This document shows, one piece after another, positions 1 to 9,477 of a stretch of 36,888 nt of DNA (position 1 is the stretch's first letter; each line of letters opens with the position of its first letter). Below the pieces are notes generated by a model. It searched no databases and was not told the DNA's origin. It worked only from the letters and a program-made list of their open reading frames with translations. Source of the stretch: Chiloscyllium plagiosum (taxonomy: Eukaryota). The translations under genes and the position numbers were made by a program. The stretch lies in assembly GCF_004010195.1 (NCBI RefSeq), contig NW_025213867.1, positions 1 to 36,888 of the forward strand, read 5' to 3'.

Positions 1-2985
1 GGAAGGTGATTGAGGTGTCAATGGGGGAGCACTTTGGGGCCAGCGACCTTAATTCTATTTGTTTTAAAATAGTGATGGAAAAGGATAGACCAGGTCGAAA
101 AGTTCAAGTTTAAATTGGAGAAAGGTCAATTCCGACGGTGTGAGGCAAGAGCTTTCACAAGCTGATTGGGCAAAGATATTTGCAAGTAAAGGGATGGCTG
201 GAAAATGGGAAGCCTTCAGAAATGAGATAACGAGGGTCCAGAGAAAATATATTCCTGTTTGGGTGAAAGGAAAGGCTGGTAGGTATAGGGAATGCTGGAT
301 GACTAAAGAAATTGACGTTTGGTTAAGAAACAGAAGGAAGCATCTGTCTGGTATCGACAGAATAAGTGAGTGAATCCTTAGAAAAGTATAGATGCAGTAG
401 GAGTATACTTAAGAGCGAAATCAGGAGTACAAAAAGTGGACATGAGATAGCTTTGGCAAATCGAGTTAAGGAGAAACTAAAGGATTTTTTAACACGTACA
501 TTAAGGACAAAAGGGTAACTCGGGAGCGAATAGAGCCCCTCAAAGATCAGCAAGGCGACCTTTTTCTGGAGCCGCAGGATATGAAGCCGAAATTAAATGA
601 GTATTTTGCATCAGTAATTACTGGGGAAAGGGACATGGAAGATATAGACTGTAGGGAAATAGATGGTGACATCTTGAAAAACGTCCATATTACAGAGAAT
701 GAAGGCTGGATGTCTTGAAACGCAGAGAAGTGGATACATCCACAGGACCTGATCTGGTGTACCCTAGAACTCTGTGCGAAGCTAGGGAAATGATTCCTGG
801 GCTTCATACTGAGATGTTTCTATCATCAATAGTCACAGGAGAGGTGCCGGAATATTCGAGGTTGGCTAATATGTTGCAACTCTTCAAGAACTCGATAGTT
901 AGGGGCACAGATAGGCGGTTTTGTGGGAACGAGAGAGACTCACGTTTGGTATGTTGCCTCCCAGGTGCAAGGGTACGTGATGTCTCTGATCGTGATCGTG
1001 TTTTCCGGGTCCTGGAGGGGGAGGGGGAGCAGCCCGAAGTCGTGGTCCATATTGGGACCAACGACATAGGTAGGAGGAGTGCCGAGGATGTTAGACAGGC
1101 TTTCAGGGAGCTAGGTTGGAAGCTCAGAGTTAGAACGAACAGAGTTGTTGTCTCTGGTTTGTTACCCGTGCCACGTGATAGAGATTCGAGGAATAGGGAG
1201 AGAGAACAGTTAAATGCGTGGCTACAGGGATGGTGCAGGAGGGAGGGATTCCGGTTTTGGGATAATTGGGGTTCTTTCTGGGGACGGTGGGACCCCTATA
1301 AACAGGATGGTCTACACCTGAAACTGAGGGGCACCAGTATCCTTGGCCTCAAAGATCAGCAAGGCGACCTTTTTCTGGAGCCGCAGGATATGAAGCCGAA
1401 ATTAAATGAGTATTTTGCATCAGTAATTACTGGGGAAAGGGACATGGAAGATATAGACTGTAGGGAAATAGATGGTGACATCTTGAAAAACGTCCATATT
1501 ACAGAGAATGAAGGCTGGATGTCTTGAAACGCAGAGAAGTGGATACATCCACAGGACCTGATCTGGTGTACCCTAGAACTCTGTGCGAAGCTACGGAAAT
1601 GATTTCTGGGCCTCTTACTGAGATGTTTCTATCATCAATAGTCACAGGAGTGCTCGAGGTTGGCTAACATGTTGCAACTCTTCAAGAAGATGGTAAGGAC
1701 AACTATAGACCAGTGAGCCTGACATCAGTGGTGGGCAAGTTGTTGGAGGGAATCCTGAGGGACAGGATGTGCATGTATTTGGAAAGGCAAGCACTGATTA
1801 GGGATAGCCAACGTGGCTTTATGCGTACGAAATCATGTCTCACAAACTTGATTGAGTTTTTGGAAGCAGTAACAAAGAGTGATAGATGTGATCATCAGTA
1901 AGGCGTATGACAAAGTGCCCCATGGGAGACTGGTGAGCAAGGTTAGATCTCATGGAATACAGGGAGAACTATCCATTTGGATCCAGAACTGACTCAAAGG
2001 TAGAAGACAGGGGATAATGGTGGAGGGTTGCTTTTCAGACTGGAGGCCTGTGACCAGTGGAGTGCCATAAGGATCGGTTCTGGGTCCTCTACTTTTTGCC
2101 ATTTACATAAATGATTTGGATGCGAGCATAAGAGGTACAGTTGGTAAGTTTGCAGATGACACCAAAATTGGAGGTATAGCGGACAGCAAAGAGGGTTACC
2201 TCAGATTACAACAGGATCTGGACCAGATGGGCCAATGGACTGAGAAGTGGCAGGTGGAGTTTAATTTAGATAAATGTGAGGTGCTGCATTTTGTAAAGGC
2301 AAATCCTGGAAGGACTTATACACTTAATGGTAAGGTCCTAGGGAGTGTTTCTGAACAAAGAGACCTTGGAGTGCAGGTTCATAGCTCCTTGAAAGTGGAG
2401 CTATAGGATAGTGAAGGCGGCGTTTGGTCTGCTTTCCCTTTTTAGTCAGAGTATTGAGTACAGGAGTTGGGAGGTCGTGTTGCGGCTGTACAGGACATTG
2501 ATTAGGCCACTGTTGGAATATTGCGTGCAATTCTGGTCTCCTACCTATCAGAAAAATGTTGTGAAACTTGAAAGGTTCAGAAAAGATTTACAAGGATGTT
2601 GCCAGGGTTGGAGGATTTGAGCTATTGGGGTGGCTGAACAGGCTGGGCTGTTTTCCCTGGAGCGTCAGAGGCTGAGGGGTGACCTTATAGTGAGGGACAT
2701 GGTTAGGGTAAATAGACAAAGTCTATAAACGAGACCTAAGAGGCATCTTTCTTAGAGGGTGTTACGTGTATGGAATGACCTGCCAGAGGAAATGGTGGAG
2801 GCTTGTACAATTGCAACATTTAAGAGGCATCTGGATCTGTTTATGAATAGGAACAGTCTGGAGGGATATGGGTCAGGTGCTGGCAGTTGGGACTAAATTG
2901 GGTTGGGTTATCTGGTTGGCATGGACGAGTTCGACTGAGGAGCTGTTTCTGTGCTGTACATCTCTATGCCTCTAGGACTATATGA
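1..2985 (+). mobile_element. Decayed CR1 LINE (ORF2 linker, reverse transcriptase, 3' tail) with internal duplication; lies in intron 2 of the cytokine gene
   Basis: Frameshifted peptides [46 protein letters not shown]1-type 3' end ...ctgtttctgtgctgtacatctctatg. Confidence 0.95.
891..1346 (+). mobile_element. Fragment of CR1 ORF1 SGNH/GDSL esterase domain inserted in ORF2 sequence
   Basis: Peptide SIVRGTDRRFCG...CCLPGARVRDV...VVHIGTNDIG...LNAWLQGWCRREGFRF...DGLHL carries the esterase block motifs. Confidence 0.88.
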
Positions 2986-2987
2986 CC

Positions 2988-5100
2988 TCACCCGTATTCA
3001 AGGATGTTCCAAAGATATCTGTTAAGGCCCCAGCTATTTCCTCTCTCGCTTCCCTCAGTAACCTGGGATAGATCCCATCCGTACCTGGGTACTTGTCCAT
3101 CTTAATGCATCTTAAAAAAACCCCAACACTTCCTCCTTATGCCGACTTGGCCTGGAGTAATCAAATAGCTATCCCTAACCTCACAATCGACCATGTCTGT
3201 CTCTTCTGCGAATACCAATGCAAAGTACTCATTAAACATCTCTGACTCCATGGATAACTTCCCTCCTTTGCCTGAAGTGGGCCAACCCTTTCTATAGTTA
3301 CCCTGTTTCTCTTTATGTACGAATAAAAGGTTTTGGGATTTTCCTTAACCCTGTTTACTCAAGATATTCCATGATCCCTTCTATCCCTCTTAACTCCTCG
3401 TTTCAGATTGGTCCGACTTCTCTGAAATACTTCCAAACCTTTGCCTATTTTCAGTTGCACAGACCCTACATTTTCCTTCCCAGCCAGTTGCACAATTTCA
3501 CCTGTCCTCCATGCTTCCCTAATCTTGCCATTTATATCCCTCATTTTCACGGGGACATGCCTATCCAGGACTCTAACCAAAGTCTCTTTTAAAGTCTCCC
3601 ACCTATCAAATGTGGAGTTACCTTCAAACAGCTGATCCCAATCCACATTCTCCAGCTCCTGCCGAATGTTTGCTATAGTTGGCCTTCCTTTACGGCCACT
3701 TTTGTCTTTGCCTACGAATATTTAAACCTTTTGGAATTGTACTTACTATTCCCAAAGTAATCCCCAACTGAAATTTCAACCACCTGGCTGAGCTCATTTA
3801 CCAACACCAGATCCAGTATGGCACTTTCCCGAGTTGTTCTATTTACATACTGGTCTGGAAACCCTCCTGGATGCTCCTCACAAATTTTGCTCCATCTAGA
3901 CCTCTAACACTAAATGTATCCAGTCAATGTTGGGAAAATTAAAATCGCCTATCACCACCAGCCTATTGCTCCGATATTTTTCCCTATTCTGTTTTCATAT
4001 TTGTATCTCTAGCTCACGCTTGCAGTCGGGAGGCCTGTGGTACAGTCCCAACATTGTTGCTGCACCCTTCCTTTTTCTGAACTCTGCCCATATTGCCTCA
4101 TTCTCAAATCCTCCACAGTGCCTTACTTCAACACAGCTGTGCTATTGTCTCTGAGCAGTAAGGCAGCTTTTCCACACTTTTTACTTCCCTCTCAGTCCCG
4201 ACGAAAGCATCTATATATGGGATATTTACGGCTAATCATGCCCTTCTCTCAACTAAGTCTCAGTAACAGCAATATTGTCATACTCGCAGGTAATAATCCA
4301 AGCTCTAAGTTCATCTGCCTTGCCTGCAACATTTCTCATAATTAAACAAAAGAACATCCGACCACCTGTTCTTTTTGTGTTCATCGTCTGCTCCCTGCCT
4401 ATTCTTCCCGCTAGTCATTATTTAGTTCCTTACAAGCTTTAGTTACAACTCCTTACTGTTCAGTAACCTCTTGATTTGGTTCCCATCTCCCTGCCACATT
4501 CGTTTTAACCCTCCCCATTCACCCCCCCCCCCTCCCCCCAGAGTTAGCAAAAGCACCTCAAGGATATTGGTTTCACTCTGGCCCAGTTGTAGACTGTCCA
4601 ATTGGTAATAGTCTCATCTTCCCAGAACCGGGCACAACGCCCCAAAAGTCTGAAACCCTCCCTCCTGCACCATCTCTCAAGCCACGTATTAAACCTGCAT
4701 ATTCTCACATTTCTACTCTGAAGTGCAATTGGTATTGGGAACAATCCTAAGAATATTACCTGTTTTTTCAATTGGATCCTAATTCCCTAAATTCTGCTTG
4801 TAGGACCTCACTCCTTTCTTTTTTTTAACCTTGGGGCGGGGAGTGCTGTAGAAGACTCTCAATAAAGTGACTGCTCGGTTCCTGTTTCTGACTTTCACCC
4901 ATACTAACTCTGTAGACAAATTCTCTTCGATATCCTCCCTCCCTGCAACTGTGTTGCTACCCCTGATTAGCAATGTTAAAAATTATACAAAACCCTGTTG
5001 TAGTCCAACAGGTTTATTTAAGCAATGTCACTCTCCCAACTCTTTCACCTCCGTGCCCATTCCGTTTGAAACATGAAACCCTGGAACATTAAGAAACCAT
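2988..5100 (-). mobile_element. Decayed CR1 LINE fragments (ORF1 esterase end, endonuclease, linker)
   Basis: Minus-strand peptides FNTWLERWCRREGFRLLG, STELVWVKVRN..AVTLL.VFY and DWDQLFEG...W; many stops. Confidence 0.88.
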
Positions 5101-5219
5101 TTTCGCTGAACAGTCAGTGAGGACCCTATTATCCCTGCCCACCCAGCAATCCCTCATCACTCTCACCCCCGTCCCCGATGCCAACGCAAAGGGCACTGCC
5201 CACTTGTGGTGATACTCAC

Positions 5220-5356
5220 GTAAGTGCTCAGCAGAGAGGAGGCTTTCTCCTGCAGGAGCAGCAATAGGTCCCGGGTCTGTCCGACTAAAATGGGCACAGG
5301 AATGGGTGCTCCCTGGGGGTGACCCAGCAACTGGATCAGGAGAAGACTCAGGATCC
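5220..5356 (-). CDS. CTF2: Coding exon 2 (137 nt, phase 1 to 0) of the cardiotrophin-2-like cytokine: (G)ILSLLLIQLLGHPQGAPIPVPILVGQTRDLLLLLQEKASSLLSTY
   Basis: Acceptor ccccttttcctctag|GG, donor TAC|gtgagt, no stop codon. Hydrophobic signal peptide ending near PQG|AP, then an amphipathic helix ending in LLxTY at a phase-0 intron, as in CT-2/CLCF1/LIF. Aligns without gaps to the mammalian CT-2 mature N-terminus as I recall it (API...GQ...L.L..Q...S.LL.TY). Confidence 0.82.
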
Positions 5357-5449
5357 CTAGAGGAAAAGGGGTGGGGGGGGGGGAGGAGTGGGTGGAGAGG
5401 GAAAGGGAAAAGATTCAGACTGGATTATACTCTGTGGCTCAGGGGCCCA

Positions 5450-6360
5450 AACCTCTCTTTTCCCATCCCTCTAACTTACACCTCATCCCTTTCTTTGTAA
5501 CTCCATCCAGCCACTACACCTCATCCCAATCTCTTTAATCCTCTCCAGGTCCGACATTGTTTCCCCAACTTCACCACCTCTGACCGCACTTATACCACTT
5601 CCCTATCTCTGTAACTCACTCCAGCCCCAGCCCTTCCTCCAGCACCTACATCACATCCCCAACTCTGTCACATCCTCCAGCCTGCACACCGTCTCCCTAT
5701 CACTGCAATCTCATCCAACCCCAAACATTCTTCTCATGTCAGTAACCTCCTCTATCCTATGCACCCTCTCCTTATCTCTATAGATTCCTCCAGCCATTAC
5801 ACTCCTCACTATCCCTTTAATCTTTTCCAACCCCTACACCCCTTCCTGTAGCTGTAATCGTCTCTAACCCCTGTACTCCTCTGTGTCTCTGTAACTTCCT
5901 CCAGCTCGTACACAATCATGATCTCTGTGACGTCCTCCAGGCCTAGACTCCTCCCTATCCCTGTAACTTTCTCTAGATTCAACACTCCCTCCCTACCATG
6001 ATAACCTTTTCAGCCCCTACACCTCCTCCCTTTCTCTGTAATCTCCTCCAGCACCTACAACCTCCAAATTTCTGTAACATCTTCCAGACCATACTCTCCA
6101 AATACCTGTCAATTTCTCCAGCCTCCTGCATCTCCCTGTCTCTGTAAAATCTTGCAGCCCCTGGATGTTTCCATATCTCTACAACCTACATCAGTCGCCA
6201 AGTCCGCTCCATTTCTCTGTAACTTCCTCCGCATCCAGCACTTACTCCTCATTTCATGTCAGTAATCTCTTTCAGGCCTTACTCCCCTCCAAATCTCAGA
6301 AATATGCTCCAGTTCCTAGAGGTTTTCTCTTTATCTGTAAACTCCTCCAACCACAACAAC
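5450..6360. repeat. Degenerate ~37-bp minisatellite (ccctatctctgtaacctcctccagcccctacacccct), probably derived from an L2-type LINE ORF2 C-terminus
   Basis: ctgtaa...ctccagc recurs at ~37-bp period. The unit translates as PYLCNLLQP, resembling the L2 'APPYLxxLL' motif. Confidence 0.75.
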
Positions 6361-6371
6361 ATTGCCATTGC

Positions 6372-6455
6372 AGGGTCAGTGTTGAGCGAGGGGGCACTGT
6401 TGGATGGTCAGTGCTGATAGAGTGCCACACTGTCAGTGGGTCAGCACTGGTGAAG
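6372..6455. repeat. 33-bp tandem units (gggtcagtgctgagggagtgccacactgtcaga), DeuSINE/SacSINE1-like core
   Basis: About three units; same unit as 13530-13720. Confidence 0.6.
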
Positions 6456-6479
6456 TGGGTGTGCATTTGTGTCGCCTTT

Positions 6480-8690
6480 TCCACTATTTTCATTCTGTTT
6501 TCCCTTTCATCTTTCCACATTGACAACTTCCCTTCCGTGACTGATTAATTTTTCTTTTTTTCATCTATTTTTGATGTCTTCCTTTCTGTTTCACTTCTTC
6601 ATTCCCTACTTTCTCATATCCTCCATTCCCCTTTTCTCTTTCCTTCTCTCCATCATTTCTTCCTTCTGTTATTTCTTCACTTCTTTCGCATGTCAGTCAT
6701 TTCATAATTTGTACCCTTTCTTTCTGACATCCTTACCTCCCTCATTCCCCTCTTCGTGCCAATCCCAAGTGACACCACTCTCTGTTCTCCACTCCATCCA
6801 TTCCCTTCCTCTCTCCATCCTTGCATTTTTCCTCCTTTTCCATCGTCCCACTTCCTCTATCCCTGTCTTCTCTCTCCCCCCTTCTCTCTCCGTCTTTCTC
6901 TCTCTCTCTTGCTTCGCCACTATCTCTGAGGAGAAAGTGAGGTCTGCAGATGCTGGAGATCAGAGCTGGAAATGTGTTGCTGGAAAAGCGCAGCAGGCCA
7001 GGCAGCATCCAGGGAACAGGAGCTCCTGAAGAGGGGCTTATGCCCGGGGCATTGATTTTCCTGTTCCCTGGATGCTGCCTGGCCTGCTGCGCTTTTCCAG
7101 CAACACATTTCCAGCTCGCCACTATCTCCCTCCCTCTGTCGTTTTCTCTCCCTGCCACACTTTCTAGTTCCCACTTCCTTTAGCTCTCTCTCTTGCTCCT
7201 CCTGTCTTTCTGTCATCTGTCTGTCTCTCTTTCTCTCCCTCCCTCCCTCCCTCTCTCCCCTGTCTCTCTCTCTCTCCTCCTATCTCTGCCTTCTCTCCCT
7301 TTCCATCTCTCTCTGTCTCTCCCTCTCTCCTCCCACTGTCCCTATCTTGCTCTATGTCTCTCCATCTCTCCAAAATGTCTCTCTCACTCTGTCTTCCTCT
7401 CTCTCCTTCACTCACTCTCTCTAACTCCTTCTGTTCCTTTCTCTCTGGCCCTTTTCCTTCTCTCTCTGCCCCTCCCCAACTCGCCCTCCCTTTCCTTCTC
7501 TCACTCGCTCTCCTTCCTCTCTCTCACCTTCATCTTCTCCTCTATCGCTCTCTTTGTCCCTCCCTCCATGACTCCCTCCCTCTATTCGGAGCTAAGGCAC
7601 AGAGCAGAAATACTCAGCACAAGGAGAGAGAACTGCAGAATCAAACAGGGGGAAGGTCGAATGGGAAGGAATGAGTGAAGAAATGAGCGAGGGAAGGATG
7701 GGGCAATTTAGAAGGGAGAGACAGAGAGCGAGAAAGAGAAAGAAAGAGAGGGAGGAAGAGGGAAATCAAGGAGAGGAGAGAAGGGGAGGGAAGAAAGAAG
7801 GGGCGTGAGAATGCAAGAGGAAGAGAGGAGGGAGAGAAGGAAGGTAAAGAGAAAGAAGTAAATTGAAGAACGACGNNNNNNNNNNNNNNNNNNNNNNNNN
7901 NNNNNNNNNNNNNNNNNNNNNNNNNNNNNNNNNNNNNNNNNNNNNNNNNNNNNNNNNNNNNNNNNNNNNNNNNNNNNNNNNNNNNNNNNNNNNNNNNNNN
8001 NNNNNNNNNNNNNNNNNNNNNNNNNNNNNNNNNNNNNNNNNNNNNNNNNNNNNNNNNNNNNNNNNNNNNNNNNNNNNNNNNNNNNNNNNNNNNNNNNNNN
8101 NNNNNNNNNNNNNNNNNNNNNNNNNNNNNNNNNNNNNNNNNNNNNNNNNNNNNNNNNNNNNNNNNNNNNNNNNNNNNNNNNNNNNNNNNNNNNNNNNNNN
8201 NNNNNNNNNNNNNNNNNNNNNNNNNNNNNNNNNNNNNNNNNNNNNNNNNNNNNNNNNNNNNNNNNNNNNNNNNNNNNNNNNNNNNNNNNNNNNNNNNNNN
8301 NNNNNNNNNNNNNNNNNNNNNNNNNNNNNNNAGGGTACAGAGAAACGTGGAGGGATGGAAAGGAAAGTGGAGAAAGAGAGTAAGGTGGAGAGATAGACAA
8401 CAGTGAAGAGAGAAAGCTTGGAGAGATAGACACAGTTCACATGAGAGCGGTTGTGTGCATGAAAGACTGAAAGAGGGAAAGAAGGAAACAGGAAGATAGA
8501 AAGAGGGAATGGAGTGATGATTCGAGAGAGGGATACTGATGGAGTGAGAGAGAGAGAGACAGACAGAGAAAGTTGGATGAAGAGAGAGGGTAGGAAGAAG
8601 AAAGAAATAGAGAGATGTAAATGGAAATAGAGGGAGGGAGGGGGAGAGGAAGAGAAGGAAAGTAGGGAGGAGGGTAATGTTGAGAGAATA
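6480..8690. repeat. CT-rich tract followed by GA-rich tract, containing the assembly gap 7876-8331
   Basis: Pyrimidine-rich 6480-7575, purine-rich 7650-8690; run of N. Confidence 0.9.
6927..7115. mobile_element. Short palindromic Penelope-pLTR-derived insertion with 13-bp TSD (tcgccactatctc)
   Basis: TSD at 6914-6926 and 7116-7128. Inverted arms ~6964-7021 and ~7059-7117. Same sequence family as the termini of the element at 27237-28555. Confidence 0.8.
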
Positions 8691-8700
8691 CTTGTCTTAC

Positions 8701-8716
8701 CTCGCAAATCCTGCAT
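8701..8716 (-). CDS. CTF2: Coding exon 1 of a cardiotrophin-2/neuropoietin-like (IL-6 family) cytokine; encodes MQDLR plus the first base of Gly (phase 1)
   Basis: Minus strand reads ctcaccATGCAGGATTTGCGAG|gtaaga: good Kozak context (A at -3), strong GT donor, TATA-like TATTTATA about 85 nt upstream of the ATG. Splices in frame to the exon at 5356-5220. A tiny phase-1 first exon is typical of LIF/OSM/CT/CLCF1 genes. The symbol is the best family match, not a proven ortholog. Confidence 0.75.
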
Positions 8717-8769
8717 GGTGAGCTGACTTTGGTGCCTGCACCTATGTTGAAAGTTTGAATGATTCTGAG

Positions 8770-8980
8770 TGTGGGTTTGGGTGACATCGAAACCCTCTAT
8801 AAATACCTCCCTGAAACGGAAAAGCTGGCTGATCACAAACTCCCCAATCCACCCCCACTGGGGTGATTGTGTCTGACAACACAGTCTGTGTGGATATTTA
8901 AAGAGATTGTCTCTCAACCTCTGTCTGGGATAGCCACATGTGAGAAAAGGGAACTCCCGTGAACACCTTTCTCGAATGGG
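8770..8980 (-). promoter_or_regulatory. Proximal promoter of the cytokine gene: TATA-like box (8798-8805), kappaB site (8949-8958), weak TT-N5-AA STAT-like site (8968-8976)
   Basis: Minus strand TATTTATA at suitable spacing from the ATG exon. GGGAGTTCCC (minus) fits the GGGRNNYYCC consensus. Unique, non-repeat sequence. Confidence 0.6.
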
Positions 8981-9149
8981 CACTTATTTCCGTTCATTAC
9001 TCACCTAGGCATTCCATCACAGGGATTACTCAGCGCATTCTTCACTATTACCATCACAGACTCCAAGTTCTTTAAAGAAATGCAACCAAACTGCGATGCA
9101 AACCAGCTCTTTCACAATCAGAGGCTGAACTCTGTGAGCGTGTGTGTGT

Positions 9150-9477
9150 AGAATCCTCATTGAGTCGAAACAGGCCATTTGGCCCATCAAGTGCACAATG
9201 ATCCTCAAAAGAATAATCCACGCAGTCCCATTCCCCTACCCTATTACTCTACGTTTACCCCTAACTAATGCACCTAACCTACACATGCCTGACCATAATG
9301 GGCAATTTAGCATAGGCAATTCACCCTAAACTGCATATGCTTGGATTGTGGGAGGAAACCAGAGCAACACGGGGAGAATGTGCAAACTCCACACAGACAG
9401 TCACCAGAGGAAGGGATCGAACCTGATCCCTGATGTTGTGAGGCAGTAATGCTAACCACTGAGCCACTGTGCCATCC
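9150..9477 (-). mobile_element. HE1-type tRNA-derived SINE
   Basis: Minus head ggcacagtggctcagtggttagca (A box) and ggttcgatcc (B box); core tgtgtggagtttgcacattctcccc. Confidence 0.9.

Noticed and set aside
715..1527. 270-aa ORF as a host esterase gene
   Set aside because: Chimera of CR1 ORF2 and ORF1 fragments created by the local duplication.
1..5100. Exon 3 of the cytokine inside the window
   Set aside because: This interval appears fully accounted for by CR1 fragments; I found no helix B-D coding exon.
7580..7640. Minus-strand island FSLLVLSISALCLSSE as a signal-peptide exon
   Set aside because: In-frame stops, no GT donor, and out of phase with exon 1. The exon at 5356-5220 fits properly.
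7708..8983. Long ORFs (405, 241 and 177 aa)
   Set aside because: They read through the N gap and GA/CT low-complexity DNA. Only the 16 nt at 8701-8716 appear to be coding.
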